64,000 nucleotides of DNA. Origin: Naegleria gruberi (Eukaryota). The DNA is taken from assembly GCA_000004985.1 (NCBI GenBank), contig GG738908.1; one strand, written 5' to 3'. Made by a program: the position numbers and the translations under genes. Under the pieces are notes generated by a model. That model was not told the DNA's origin. It did not search any database and worked only from the letters and a program-made list of their open reading frames with translations. Shown one piece after another: positions 33,624 to 46,157 of this stretch (within the stretch, counting starts at the first letter, position 1; each line of letters starts with the position of its first letter).

Positions 33624-36600
33624 ATGACAAAACGAAAGGCCAAATCTACTCGGTCACCTTCACCTATCTTTGATATCAACGTTCTTCAAAATATGCTCAA
33701 AGCTCGGAATGACATATTCACTCTAGATGATTATGGTGATGATTTTTCCAATAGTGATGACTACAATTCCGATAGTGATGATTGGATGGATGAAGGTTTA
33801 TCATATGATGGACCAACGGATCCAGTGCTCAGGCCTTGCGATTTAGTTGCTGAGAAATTATTACCTGCCGAGAAGAATATTAAGAAACGAATGAGTGATG
33901 TGTTAGAATTGTCTGGATTTGATGGAGAGTTTTGGAGTGGAGGAAAATTGCATTCAGATTATATGATGCCTTCTATTGAGATGTTGGATGAGGAGAGTGG
34001 TACATATAGGCTATTACCACTTCCGATTGTGTATGAGGAACAAGTGAATGATTTGATTAGGAGTTCAATGAATGCAGGAGAGAAGAATTTGTGGAAGTTG
34101 ATTGAACCAAAAAAGTTTAGAATAACAAATCCTAAATGGGATGTGTTGATGCAAGAGTTGTTGAATAGAATTAAACCAGAATTAGGTATTCTAAAAGAGA
34201 AAAAGATTGATATATCACTATATAGAATGGTGTTATACGAGAAGGAAAGCCATTTTGATTTCCAGGCAGATATTGAGCCTAATGCGATTGGATCAATAGT
34301 AATTCAACTGCCTAGCTTGTATGCTGGAGGTGATTTTGTAATGGTTAATGGTAACACAGAGAAGAAATTTGAATTCCAAAAGGAAGCCACCTATTCACCC
34401 TATTATATGACTTGTTATTCTAATAATTTCACACAAAAATCAGATATAATTACCTCAGGACACGTTTTGTCTTTGGTTTACAGTTTGAAATATTCTGGAA
34501 CTGAAAAAATTGCGCCATATACTAGTACTCAACAATTAAAGGATATGCAACAAGTGATTGAAACATGGATTAAGGCTCCTATGTACTCAAAGCTTTGTTA
34601 CATCCTTGAGAATGAATACGACAATAACTCATTTACTTCTTCCTCATTGAAAGGGAATGATGCGATTGCTTTTAAACAATTTTCCAAACTTGACCATACT
34701 GTGGTACATTTGGGATTCTTGGAAAAACGTGAATTTTCTGAATTCAATAGTGATATAAGCGCAATAACTGAAATGACATACAGCTTTCAAAATAATGTAG
34801 GCGAAACTCTGGTTTCAATAGTTGAAGAAGAAGTGTTCCCAGAAAATAGAAGAAAACAAATGCCAGTAGCCACTCAGAAGGTAAGTATCTGACATGAATT
34901 TAAAATTTATATCTAAAATACAAAAAGAAAAGAGAAGATTTTGATGTGGGTGGACTTGAAATTGAAAGACGATACAAGAGTGCATGCATTCTTGTTTATC
35001 CAAAGAAATTAAAGTCGCTTTGCAAACCCAAGAAGGATTTTTTGAATAAGTTGTTAGAGGATTATAAGGATAAGAAAACAGATAAGAGGAAACATTTATT
35101 GATGGCCTATACTTCGTCCCTTGTTGGTTGTGCTGAGGATAAACGTGGAAAGACAACAAACGGATTGGATATTCCAAAGGTTTTGGAGGCTTGCCTTTTA
35201 GTGAACTATCTTCCATTGAGTTTGAAATTTGTGGAAAAAATGTGGCTTGCAGATGGTTTTACTGAAGAATCTACTACATCGGCCACCAAATTAATTAAGC
35301 AACACGGAGCTGGAAATTTCAAGCCATTATTCATCCATTACTTGGATCAAATGTCATGTAAGTCATGTTTTCATACATTTATAGTTTATTGAACTATTAT
35401 CATTTGAATAGTTGAAAGTTATACTTTTTCGAATCGAGTATTCTCAATAGGAACTATGATTTTAGAGTTGAACGAAGAATCTTGGTTAGATCTTTTTATA
35501 CCAAAAGTGCTATCTATTTCCCTTCGATTAGAACTTTTGGAACCAAAATCGGTTTTGCTCATTCTTAGTTTTAAAGAGAAATATCCAGCATGTTCTGCAA
35601 AAATTGATCAATTCATCGATCTGTACACAAAATCAGAAATGCGAAACACAGCATTTTCATCGGACGAATCAAAAATCAATGCACAAGTTATTATCAAATT
35701 GAATTTACCAAGTTTATGTGGAGTACTTTGTGCAAGACTGGTTCATTCGAAACAAGAAATTAACTTGAATGTATTACAAGAAATTGTGGCAGTGACGAAA
35801 CATTTTGGAATTCAAGTATTGGAAGAATGCTTAAATGCCATTGTAGAAGATATGTTGGTATACCCTTTACGACAAAGGATTGAAGCATATACTCGACTGG
35901 CTGGTGGTGAAAGTGATGAGGCTAAACATTTTGCAAGCAAAATACTCTCAAGTATTATTCGAAAATTTGACAACACATCAGAAGATCCATCTGAAGAATG
36001 TGCCCAATTACTAACATTTTGTAGAAAGAATGACAAGATTACAGAGGAAATGAGTATTGCAAAAGTGCTAGTTGAAAAGATTACCAAAGCAAAACATGGT
36101 CATTCTCTAGTACAAAAATTAATCAAGGAAAATGGAACTGAATGTTTTTGGACTGGATCAGGATTGAGATTAGTTTTGGAACATTGCTACAAACTTTTAT
36201 ACACTGCAGCTTCAAATGTAAATATACCAATTGACTTTGACCTTGGAGTTGACTCTACGAGTGAATGGGTTTTCAAACATGTTAAAATCAAGTGCAAATG
36301 TAATCATTGTAAAAGTGTAAAGAAATTCCTTAAATCCAATGAAATGGAATTTTCTTTCAAGGAGAAGAAGGATGCCAGAACACATGTGGAAACCATTCTA
36401 AATGGCATTGAGGACATTAAGAGAGAAACAATCAAACATGGCTCACCTCAAACTCTCAAACTAACCAAGATTCGTACAACTCTCGAAGCCAAGAAGGCAA
36501 TTGTGACCTCAGCCGAAACTGTTCTCAAACAATACATTGAGTATGCCACCAAATCAGATCAGAAACCACATGCAAGACCAGCCTCTGAATCTGTATCATC

Positions 36601-36640
36601 CTCAACTACTGATCCACCAACCAAGAAAGTCAAACAATAA
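33624..36640 (+). CDS. Large protein with a 2OG-Fe(II) oxygenase (prolyl-hydroxylase-like) fold domain; proposed 3 exons
   Basis: Proposed CDS join(33624..34880,34928..35357,35412..36640). The introns are GTAAGT...AAAAAG (47 nt) and GTAAGT...GAATAG (54 nt). The oxygenase-like segment is LYRMVLYEKESHFDFQADIEPNAIGSIVIQLPSLYAGGDFVMV...ITSGHVLSLVYSL (the HxD...H pattern of the double-stranded beta-helix fold). The C-terminal roughly 400 aa are helical with no recognised domain. Linkage of the three ORFs into one gene is inferred from frame-compatible canonical splice sites only. Confidence 0.45.
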
Positions 36641-36787
36641 CACACTCATAAGTATTTATCCAACTATCTAAATCTTTCATACGTGATTTTAGAGGGTTAC
36701 CCTTCGGAGTCTCACACAAGCAATGATAACACTTCCAATTAAGTGTGCCACTATTGGTTAAACAAAACTCTTTAAAAGTGAAAAAAA

Positions 36788-39700
36788 ATGGAGAAAGTAC
36801 CACTCCAGCAAATATCAAAAAGAAAAGGTACGACCTTCAGATTCTTCCATGAAGCTAGTTGCAACGAGATAAATCAGCACAGAGCAGTGCTGTCATCATC
36901 ATTGACAACAAGGAGTGGTTTGATCACACTGATGATTGTTGTTATAATAATGATGCTGGTTGTTGTGGAACATTCGGAAGCATCTCCCACAACAATAGCA
37001 GTTGCTGGTAGTGTGGGTAATACAGACGAGGCTTGGAATTTTCCACTGTATGGTACGGGTATATTTGTGGTGCCAAACAGTGATCCTTCATTGTTGCCAA
37101 CTTTTTATGTTTCTGATGGAAATTTGTGTGTTGTGAGACAGATCATTGGAAATCAAAGTCGAGTGGTGGCAGGAACAGGTGAATGTTTACCAAACGGTGC
37201 TGATTCAGTTCCTGGAACAGAATCTACCTTGTATGGACCTACGAATATGTATTATGATGCTACTACAGATTTTCTCTACATTTTGGATTCGTCATCTATT
37301 AGATTATTGGACATGAAGAGTGGAATAATTTCTAAAATGCTCATTACATTCAGTGGAACTAATTTAAACTCATTTTCTCAACCAAGTGGTATTACCATGT
37401 TCAATAAGGATATTTATGTGGCAGATACAGGAAAAGCTGTTGTGTGGAAAGTGCAAATTACCTATAGAAATGTTGGTACAGCAACAATTAGTGTTGGAAG
37501 TTTGAATAATATGAATAACAATAATTATTGTGATAATGTTTATGCCACCACGTGTAAACTTATCAAACCTACAAGTATCTCTTTCTTCCCAGATGGAACC
37601 AAGGCAATTGCAGATGGAAGAAGAGTTATTATTGTTACTCCAACCAATTCGGCATATGAAGCTCCTGTATCCATGTCTATGAACAATCCAGTACATGTTG
37701 TCGCCTATGATGCATCCAACTTGTTGATTTCAGATCTAGGACTAGCACGTTTTATACAATTTAACAAGGATCAAGCACAACCAAATACTAATGTGGTATT
37801 GTCATCTTCTTGGGCAAGAAATACTTATTTTGGACTTGTGAAACAAGCAGACAATTCTAAAAATGTATACTTCCTCACAGGTCAAGATTACACAACAAAG
37901 AGAAGTCAAATTGTTTCGTTTAACTTTATTGATAGCGATTTACCAAGTACTTCTACAACACCATTATATGGCATGTATGACTCTGGATTCCAGTTTGATA
38001 ATCCACATAATGCATTGAGTGTTTACATGCCTAGTCCACAACAAATGAGACTAACTTCAAGTAATCAATTGTATTTCCCAATTTTTAATTCTGCTGTTGT
38101 AAAGGTAGATTTGAATTCTGGATTAGTGACAAGAATTGCTGGAAGTATTACACAATTTGGATATAATCAAGACAGTATCCCTGCAACCATAGCTCTGATG
38201 ACTAGACCAAATACTGTTTTACAATTGGATTCCGGAGATTTAATCATTTCAGATACAGGTAATAACAGAATTAGAAAAATTGATTCAAATGGAATTATAA
38301 CTACAATAGTTGGTACAGGAACGCAAGGAAATAGTGGAGATTATGGGCCTGCAAGTCAATGCCAATTAAATGGTCCACAAGGACTGGCAACACCTCCAAC
38401 AAGCATGAAAGGTCAATTTTTGTTTGATTTTGCTGACACTAATAATAACAGAATTAGAAGAATACAAAATGACTTGACAGTTATACCCCTATTAAGCAAT
38501 AATCCTAATAATGATGGAATTAACGGACCAAATGGAATAATGTACACGCCAAATGGTGATCTTTATATCGCCAGTCAAGGAAATCACAAAATAATGAAAT
38601 ACAGTAATTCACAATTGAGTACTGTTGCTGGAAATGGTTATGCAGGTTATTCAGGAGATGGAGGACCAGCCAGAAATGCCAAGTTGAACTATCCTGCAGA
38701 TGTTACAGTTTCCTCCACAGGTGAAGTTTATATTGCAGGTATGTTTTGAAGAAATTTAATGTAATTTTTAAACGATTCATCTACTAGATTGGGGAAATAG
38801 AGCTGTAAGAAAAGTTTTCAGAAATGGAACAATTATTACTCTTATTGTTAGTGGCGGACTTTCGGACTTGAATGGTGTTACATTGACACCGAATGGAGAT
38901 TTGTTGTATTCAACACAATTATGGGTCAAGCTGTATATGGAGGGAGATTCAGGAAGTTGTATTGATAAGAATACATGCAATAATCATGGCAGTTGTGTGA
39001 ATGGAAAGTGTGTTTGTGATAGTGGATGGAGAGGAAATTTGAATTGTGGAACATTTTCATGTGACATTACACCACCACCTCATTCTTCACAATGTATTGG
39101 TCCAAATCAATTTTCTTGTCAAGATGGGTGGACAGGATTAAATTGCCAGGAACCAGTTTGCTTTGGAACTCCAGCAAACACCACAACAGTATGCAGTTCA
39201 CACGGTAAATGTATTTCCAATAATACATGTAATTGTGTGAGTGGATGGAGAGGCAATTCAGATTGCAGTGCATTTTCATGTGATGTAAAATCTGAACATG
39301 GAGAGTATTGTATTGGACCTAATACCTACAAATGTCAAGATGGCTGGATTGGTGATTTATGTGACATTCCACTTTGTAATGGAATTCCAGCAAATAATCC
39401 AGCAGTTTGCAATTCACACGGACAGTGCATTTCCAATAATACATGTAATTGCTTTAGTGGATGGAGAGGAAATAGTATTTGCACTCAATTTACATGTGAT
39501 GGTGTCAATAATTGTCAACCTCATGGTCAATGCATTTCTAATAATACTTGTAAATGTAGTACTGGTTATGGTGGAAATGGATGTAACGATAGAATGTGCT
39601 TTGGTAAATGGGGTCAAGCAGGTTGCAGCAATAATGGATATTGTTCAAATACTGACAAGTGCAGTTGTTTCCCTCTCTATTTTGGACAACAATGTCAGTG

Positions 39701-41048
39701 GCTTGATTGTAATCCCTCTTCAAATGATCAATCCATTAATTCTACTAAGGGCTGTTCTTCAAATGGAAACTGTACTGTTATTGACAATGATCAAACCAGA
39801 CAAAACTCAACAATTTGTAAATGTAACGAAGGATTTGATGGGCTGTATTGTCAAGAAAAGAAGTCATCAGGAAATGGTGGAACTGTTGCAGCTGTTGTCA
39901 TTGTTGTGTTGCTTTTCATTTGTTGTTTGATTGCTTTCATAGCAGTTGGTGGTTTTGTTTATTACAAGAAACGAGCAAGTTCCAAATCAGAGGAATTTGA
40001 GAATTTGATTCCAAAATCTGTTAACGACGATTGGACTTTGAGAACTGTTATTCCTCCAGAGGAGGCAACTGTGAAAAGTACAGCCTCTTCTGTTAAATCT
40101 GAAAATAGCTTTATACGGTCAATTAGAAAGCAACTGGGTAGTTCAAGTACAACATCTTCTGTATCAACCATTAACACAAGAGATCATTTCCATATTAGAG
40201 ATAAAGAATATGTGAAATCAAAGAAATTGGGATCAGGTGCAAGTGGAACAGTTTTCATGTTTGATGAGTTGACCAATAAGGAACAAGTTGCTGTGAAAAT
40301 TATTGAAGTTTTAAATCCAAATGGAAGCGAATTTAAGGAAGTTGTGAACATGTTTGAATTGAGTGAAGAAGCAAATCCTCACATTGTTCCAATTCTAGGA
40401 TGTACAATGGTTGAAAATGGAGGATATATTTGTATCTTGATGCCATTATACAAATGTGATTTGAGAAATTGGATGTATTCCAATAAGGAGACGGTTCCAA
40501 TCGAAATAATTGTCGAAATTGTGAAACAAATTGCATCAGCACTTCAATATCTCCATTCTAAGAACATGGTACACAGAGATTTGAAACAAAGTAATATATT
40601 TGTTTCAAAATCACCTGATCTTTCAAAGAATAATGTGAATGTTTCATCTTTCCAACTTTGTGTTGGAGATTGGGGATCTTCAAGATATCAAACAAGATCT
40701 TCTTTAACTGCTTATGAAGGAACAATTCAATACAGTTCACCAGAGTCAATTGTAAAAGCAGAATTTTCACCAAAAAGTGATGTTTGGAGTCTTGGATGTA
40801 TTTTATATCAATTATTATCAGCAGATTACAATACTTGTTTGATGAGAGTGAAACAAACCTCAATGAATGACCAATCAGATGTTCAAATCATAGGAAATGT
40901 TGAAAAATTCTTTTCAAAACGTTCAGATCATTCACACAAACTTTACAAAATCATTTGTGATTTAATGTTGGAAATGTTGAGATTTAATCCAGAGGAGAGA
41001 ATTTCCACAGATGAAATTGTCCAAAAACTCTCAATGAACAATGTTTAA
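36788..41048 (+). CDS. Receptor-like protein kinase: signal peptide, NHL-repeat beta-propeller, tenascin-type EGF repeats, TM helix and cytoplasmic kinase domain; 2 exons
   Basis: CDS join(36788..38738,38788..41048). The intron is GTATGT...CTACTAG (49 nt) and splits ...GEVYIAG|D. NHL blades show as (Y/F)..GDLYI(A/S)D..N.RI.K. There are about 9 EGF repeats (C.SGWRGN..C..FSCD). The TM helix is VAAVVIVVLLFICCLIAFIAVGGFVYY. The kinase carries LGSGASGTVF, VAVKII, HRDLKQSNIF, the variant G-D-W-G in place of DFG, SPE and DVWSLGCILYQLL. Confidence 0.8.
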
Positions 41049-41110
41049 TAATATTATTTAATAATAAATTAAATATTTACGAATATTTATAAAATTTTGA
41101 TAAGAAAAAA

Positions 41111-42187
41111 ATGCAACAAGTTGTTTTATTATTGGATGATGATTTGTCTCAATCGTTTGGTGATATCGGAAGTGATTGGTTGTTTATAAAATTATCAACA
41201 CAAATGCGAACTAAATTATTGCAAAATTCACACGAATTTCACACCACAAACTTTAAACTCGTGCACACGATTGGTGAGTGCAAACGAAAAGGCTCTTCCG
41301 AATATTTGTTGAATGATCCTATGGGTTTAAAAATTAGCAAATTGATGAATTGGTTGTTAATATGTGATTCGGGAAATAAGAGAGTACAAATATATGACAG
41401 ATTTAATTTTGAATACTTGTATTCGATTCGGATGAAAACTCAACCTCAATATGTGGAAATTGAAGAGTGGCATGATCAGTGTGGATATTATGCAGATGAG
41501 AATTCATTATTACTATACATTACTTGTTCGAATCAGGTTTTAATCAAGATGAAAGTTACTGTAGTGATGGAAGAAAATGAAAAGAAACTTCATGTTGAGG
41601 AATTGTGGAATACTCGAGAATTATTGGAAAGAAATGAACTAAGTGCAGAGTATGGGCTATTCTTTGAGAGATTCAACCAAGAATATTTGAATTCTGTCTT
41701 GTATGTTTGTGATTCAACCAAGAGAAGAATTGTCATGTTGAATGCCCTTGATGGAAGCATTCTCAATCAATTATTTCTGAAAAGAAAGGAGAAATTCAGT
41801 TCAGCAGTCTCTATTCTAATCGATTCTAAAAAGAAATGGATTTTAGTGAGCGAAATGGCTGGTCAACGTGTGAAAATTTTAGATTACAAAACTAGACAAT
41901 TATTACACTCACTTGGAAAGTATGGAAAAGAGTTGGATGAATTTTCATATCCTAGAGGAATATTCTTGGAAGAGAAGATGAATAGATTATATGTGTGTGA
42001 TGCTTCAAATAATAGAATTTCGCTGATTGACTTGGACAAGTTGGAATTTGTGGAATATTTTGGAGGAAAGAATTCGAATATGGAACAAGTTCAATTGAAA
42101 ACACCAACTTCAGTGGTGATTGATGATTCGACTGGAACTCTTCTAGTTTCTGATAACAAATTAGATCAAGTTTTCATCTTTAGATGA
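41111..42187 (+). CDS. Cytosolic NHL-repeat protein
   Basis: A 358-aa ORF with no signal peptide. Its NHL-like blades are LNDPMGLKISKLMNWLLICDSGNKRVQIYD, FSYPRGIFLEEKMNRLYVCDASNNRISLIDL and LKTPTSVVIDDSTGTLLVSDNKLDQVFIF. Confidence 0.65.
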   Translation: MQQVVLLLDDDLSQSFGDIGSDWLFIKLSTQMRTKLLQNSHEFHTTNFKLVHTIGECKRKGSSEYLLNDPMGLKISKLMNWLLICDSGNKRVQIYDRFNFEYLYSIRMKTQPQYVEIEEWHDQCGYYADENSLLLYITCSNQVLIKMKVTVVMEENEKKLHVEELWNTRELLERNELSAEYGLFFERFNQEYLNSVLYVCDSTKRRIVMLNALDGSILNQLFLKRKEKFSSAVSILIDSKKKWILVSEMAGQRVKILDYKTRQLLHSLGKYGKELDEFSYPRGIFLEEKMNRLYVCDASNNRISLIDLDKLEFVEYFGGKNSNMEQVQLKTPTSVVIDDSTGTLLVSDNKLDQVFIFR

Positions 42188-42339
42188 ATTTGAAAAAGTT
42201 TCAGATTTACTTTTTCCTAGTTTGAATTGAACCACGAAGCCTATTGAAAGGAACAATGGCATGATAAAAGTCCACCACAAAATCCATATTATGTGCCATG
42301 CTCATATTCACAAGAGTTGTAATCTTCTTGTTATCAATG

Positions 42340-43257
42340 TCAATGGTCATCCCTCACTGGTGTGTAAACATTGGAATCAAAATTTTTCTCAAACCAAATT
42401 CTAAAATGTGAACTACTCGAAGCCAAAACAGTTTTGTGGCAATTTAAGGAAAGTTTTGAACCCAAAATGATTTTCACATCACTGGTCGACTCTTGATTGT
42501 ACAATTTCTTCAATGCTTGCAATATTGATGATGGTAATTTGTCGTTGCAAGTTAATTTGATTTGGGTTGGCTTGGTAAGGTTGACTTTGGCCATAATCTT
42601 TGCATAGTTCCGTATAATTATTGGACTATCCAACAATTTCTTGGAACAACCAACTTTAGGATGCTCAAAAGCCACCACTGTAAACTCAATACAATAATTA
42701 TGTAATAGATCTAACAAATAATTCACCTTATTGAAATTCTCAATGAAATTCTGTTGTAAACCATCAATTTTCTCGAACATGACAACTAAATTTTTCACAG
42801 TTATACTCTTCGTCACACTATTTATCAAATCCTGTTTCAAATTCGTCAAATACCTCCCATCATTCACAGCAGACAATCCCAAAACATACAATATTTGCAA
42901 TGCAGAATAATAATTCCTCCAATATTTATCTGCATGTTCCTTATAAATCAATTGATCGACCAAATGTTGCACAATTTCCAAGTATTCCTCCTCCATAATT
43001 GATAAATTGTGTTCCGAAAGCACATTCTCACCAAATTCGGGTGCCATTTCATTGATTAAAGGTCGAAAGGCCGTAACATTGGAATGAGCAATTAAATCTC
43101 TTTCGTGTTTTTGAAGAGAAAATTTACGTTCAGAATTTGATGATGGTGATGTTGAGGGAGACGATGATGAATAAGCAGAATCAAGGGATCGGGGAGATGA
43201 AGAAGGTGAATAAGTTGAAGTATTATTAATACTGCTTATTGATAAATTATTCCTCAT
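42340..43257 (-). CDS. BTB/POZ-domain protein with a Ser-rich N-terminus; the 3' end appears disrupted by a frameshift or an unusual short intron
   Basis: A 305-aa ORF. The BTB domain begins DVKIILGSKLSLNCHKTVLASSSSHFRIWFEKNF near the C-terminus. The ORF stops after ...VYTPVRDDH, yet the +1 frame continues MTIDIDNKKITTLVNMSMAHNMDFVVDFYHAIVPFNRLRGSIQTRKK down to 42203. The only GT..AG that would join the two frames is a 31-nt interval, which is implausibly short. Confidence 0.5.
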   Translation of the reverse strand: MRNNLSISSINNTSTYSPSSSPRSLDSAYSSSSPSTSPSSNSERKFSLQKHERDLIAHSNVTAFRPLINEMAPEFGENVLSEHNLSIMEEEYLEIVQHLVDQLIYKEHADKYWRNYYSALQILYVLGLSAVNDGRYLTNLKQDLINSVTKSITVKNLVVMFEKIDGLQQNFIENFNKVNYLLDLLHNYCIEFTVVAFEHPKVGCSKKLLDSPIIIRNYAKIMAKVNLTKPTQIKLTCNDKLPSSILQALKKLYNQESTSDVKIILGSKLSLNCHKTVLASSSSHFRIWFEKNFDSNVYTPVRDDH

Positions 43258-43554
43258 TGTCTTTTTCTATTATAAATCACTCGATGGCGATAAGTGAAGA
43301 GATGATGAGGGCAAGATGGTGTTCCTCTTTTTTGAAGTTCTTCTTTGTTGTTTAATGTTATTATTAAACACAAAATTACACACATTGATGGATCCTTAAT
43401 TGGAGTTTGTTGAACCAATTTAATACCAATGGTCTACTGTAAATTTTGAAAAAATAAAAAAATAAAAGTAAATTACAAATTAGATTATTAAGAATGAAAT
43501 ATTTGATAATACATATTGTTGATAATAAGTATTGAAAATTATAAAACTTTTCGG

Positions 43555-43628
43555 TGGAGTATAGAGTGATTTGAACACCTGACCTCCCGCTTGCAGAGCG
43601 GGCGCTCTCCCATCTGAGCTAACACCCC
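43555..43628 (-). tRNA. tRNA-Ala (anticodon UGC)-like gene
   Basis: The reverse complement reads GGGGTGTTAGCTCAGATGGGAGAGCGCCCGCTCTGCAAGCGGGAGGTCAGGTGTTCAAATCACTCTATACTCCA. It has a canonical Ala D-arm (GCTCAG..GGGAGAGC). The anticodon stem is CCCGC/GCGGG with loop TCTGCAA (TGC). The acceptor stem GGGGTGT/ATACTCC carries the G3:U70 alanine identity pair and an A73 discriminator. The T-arm has one extra nucleotide or bulge (AGGTG-TTCAAAT-CACTCT), so it may be slightly degenerate. Confidence 0.55.
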
Positions 43629-43720
43629 TTAGAAGAAAAATTTTAAAATAAGGAAAATGTTGTACTCATGGCAATTATCTATCCACAATGTGAAATTTGA
43701 CACTAATTTACCATAATAAA

Positions 43721-44497
43721 ATGTCATCACCAGTGAAATCCAGAGCAAAGAAAGCCAGAGAACGTTTTCTATTGATTACTCTGTTGACCATCACGACAAC
43801 CGTGACCATACTTTCAATTGGATTATTCTTCCTTTCAGTTCCATTGAGTGGAGCTCATCACAATGATTGTTCTGCTTCTAATTGTCGAGTTACCTCTTCA
43901 TCAAAACAACTCTATCTACAATACGATTTGACCACTTCTAGACGAAACCTGACCATAACCATGCAAGTTATCTTTGATGAATCATTACTCTCGGATCAAT
44001 CGAATACCATTCCGTGCATTATCACACCTCTATCATCATCTAATCAATCAATTAATAATAATAATAATAATATTACGGAAAATAATTTAGTGTCATTGTT
44101 AGGAAAAACAACAACAACAAAATCATCATCATTAGACAATCAACAAAATTTAGAATCATCCACTCGTATTCTTCTGATGACGGAAAGTTCTTCTATCATC
44201 ATTACTTACAATAATATTAATTACTCCATCACTACCAATTCTTCATCATCAGACGCAATTCCATGCTACTACAATGATGCCAATTCCTTCTTCTTTGGCA
44301 TGACATTCTCCCTCCCGAAAGAACATGCTCAGCTCGAACTCATCCTCGGAGGAGTAATGATTCCCTTCATCATTCTCGTTGTTGGTTGTTTGTGTTGTTT
44401 ACCTCTGTCCATGTCATGGATTTGTATGAAGGAGGATATTATGGAGAGGAAGCAGAAGGTAGATTTTCATAAATTGGACTCAACTTGGGATGAATAA
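43721..44497 (+). CDS. Hypothetical membrane protein (N-terminal signal-anchor and C-terminal TM; Asn/Ser-rich middle)
   Basis: The ORF 43697-44497 has its first ATG in A-rich context at 43721 (MSSPVKSRAKK). Hydrophobic segments are LLITLLTITTTVTILSIGLFFLSV and LILGGVMIPFIILVVGCLCCL. No domain recognised. Confidence 0.4.
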   Translation: MSSPVKSRAKKARERFLLITLLTITTTVTILSIGLFFLSVPLSGAHHNDCSASNCRVTSSSKQLYLQYDLTTSRRNLTITMQVIFDESLLSDQSNTIPCIITPLSSSNQSINNNNNNITENNLVSLLGKTTTTKSSSLDNQQNLESSTRILLMTESSSIIITYNNINYSITTNSSSSDAIPCYYNDANSFFFGMTFSLPKEHAQLELILGGVMIPFIILVVGCLCCLPLSMSWICMKEDIMERKQKVDFHKLDSTWDE

Positions 44498-45043
44498 AGA
44501 TGATGAAGTAACCCACAATATTTTGCCTGATGCATATTTTTTTTAACAACAATTTGTAACGGTAACTTTTACTGGAAAGAAAATTGCTTTGTTAGAAAAG
44601 TCATTTTGTGTTGGTTTCTCTCAGATCACTTTTCTGATTCAAAATTGTACTTTGTATTATTGCAAATTGTAAAGGGACTGAACTATCATTACAACATGAT
44701 CACTTCAATTTTTGAAACCTTCATTTCAAATTACTATAAATACTTGTCTCGAGAGTAAGATCTTTCAAACAAGCGTCTCTTGTGCAAAAAAAACGAAAGA
44801 AACGAACAGCAATACATGTCTTCGAGAAAGAATAAAGGCATTGTATTGGGCCCCTTGATAGGATCATTAATAAGTTGTTCTCTCCAAATTGTTTTACAAC
44901 TCTGTCAACATTAGTTGCGTACCAAGATCTGTCAAGGGGCATTCGAAACTGGAAAAATAAAGCGTTTTTTAAGCTCATCATTTTCCTCATCATTTTCTAT
45001 CATTTTCAGTTTCCAAAGCAACCTTTAGTTTACAAAAACTCTT

Positions 45044-45953
45044 GTGAACTCATCAAAAAAAATGGCTAAATTCACAATCTTCCCTCTCGCCCTTTTATTC
45101 ATCCTCCTTCAGCTCACCCACAATCTCCTCGCCAAACGTCAAGTCCTCTACTGGATGGGCCTCGAACGCACTCACGAAAATATCACTCACGATTTGAATG
45201 ATATTTTGGAGAGAGCAAGGGAAGGCGAATTTACACAAATTTCCTATGAAGTAAGTTGTGTGGAAAATTGATGGAGAATTGATGGAATTGATAATGTGGA
45301 ATGGTGGATAGGCTTATAATTTGGGAGAATATTCATCGTTTGTGGATAATCACTTTAGTAATGTGTTGCCATTACTAAAAAAGGCTAATTTGCAAACTTT
45401 TCCAATGATAACTACTGTTAATATTCCGTATTTGCAAGAATTGTTGAATAATGAGACGACTATGGATAGATTTATTATTCAAGCTGTCGAAAATCAAAAG
45501 AATATAGACACAACTGGATATAATATTGATTTTGAACCTATTCGAAATGATATTACAACTCAACTAGCTCCAAATTTTGTAAAATTCTTGAATAGATTTG
45601 CGGATTCTCTTCATCTTGTTGGAAAGAAACTTACTGTTTGCATTGCTTCTTGGAGTTTCTTCTGGGATTGGAATTTATTATCAGAAAGTCGAGTTGACAA
45701 GATTATTACCATGGACACCTATGCTGCTCGTGCAGAACAATTCGATTCTGCATTTAAAAAGGCAGTTACAACAATTCCTATTAGAAAGTTAGGTTTAGGG
45801 TTAATGATTGATTCGAGAGTAAACCAAACTGAACTAGGAAGAAGAATTTCAATGATTGAAAATTCTGGAATTGATGAAATTGATGTTTGGCAATATCAAG
45901 ACGTGCCTGAGTTTTGGTTTAATGAATTGGAAAAATTCGTCAAGAATAATTGA
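45044..45953 (+). CDS. Secreted protein, 2 exons; weak GH18/TIM-barrel glycosidase-like motif
   Basis: CDS join(45044..45250,45312..45953). The intron is GTAAGT...GGATAG (61 nt, phase 0). It has a signal peptide (MAKFTIFPLALLFILLQLTHNLLA). The motif TTGYNIDFEP resembles the GH18 D-x-D-x-E catalytic strand with the first Asp replaced. Function is uncertain. Confidence 0.5.
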
Positions 45954-46157
45954 GTTTCTAATTTGGATTTTTGAATGAAATTGAAAATAAATCAAACCTC
46001 AACTTTTACGGAGATGCAATAAAACAATTATAAAAAATGGATCCAACACGTTTCTCTTTGAGTTTGATTGTTGTGTTGATTCTTTTCAACACCTTTCATT
46101 TATCAAACTGTCAAACATCAACACTTTCGAATAATTTCTAAACAAGAGTCTTGCTGC

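Noticed and set aside
42200-42340. A 31-nt GT..AG interval that would join the BTB ORF to its +1-frame continuation
   Set aside because: All confidently supported introns in this window are 43 nt or longer. A 31-nt intron is implausible here, so a frameshift or assembly error is more likely.
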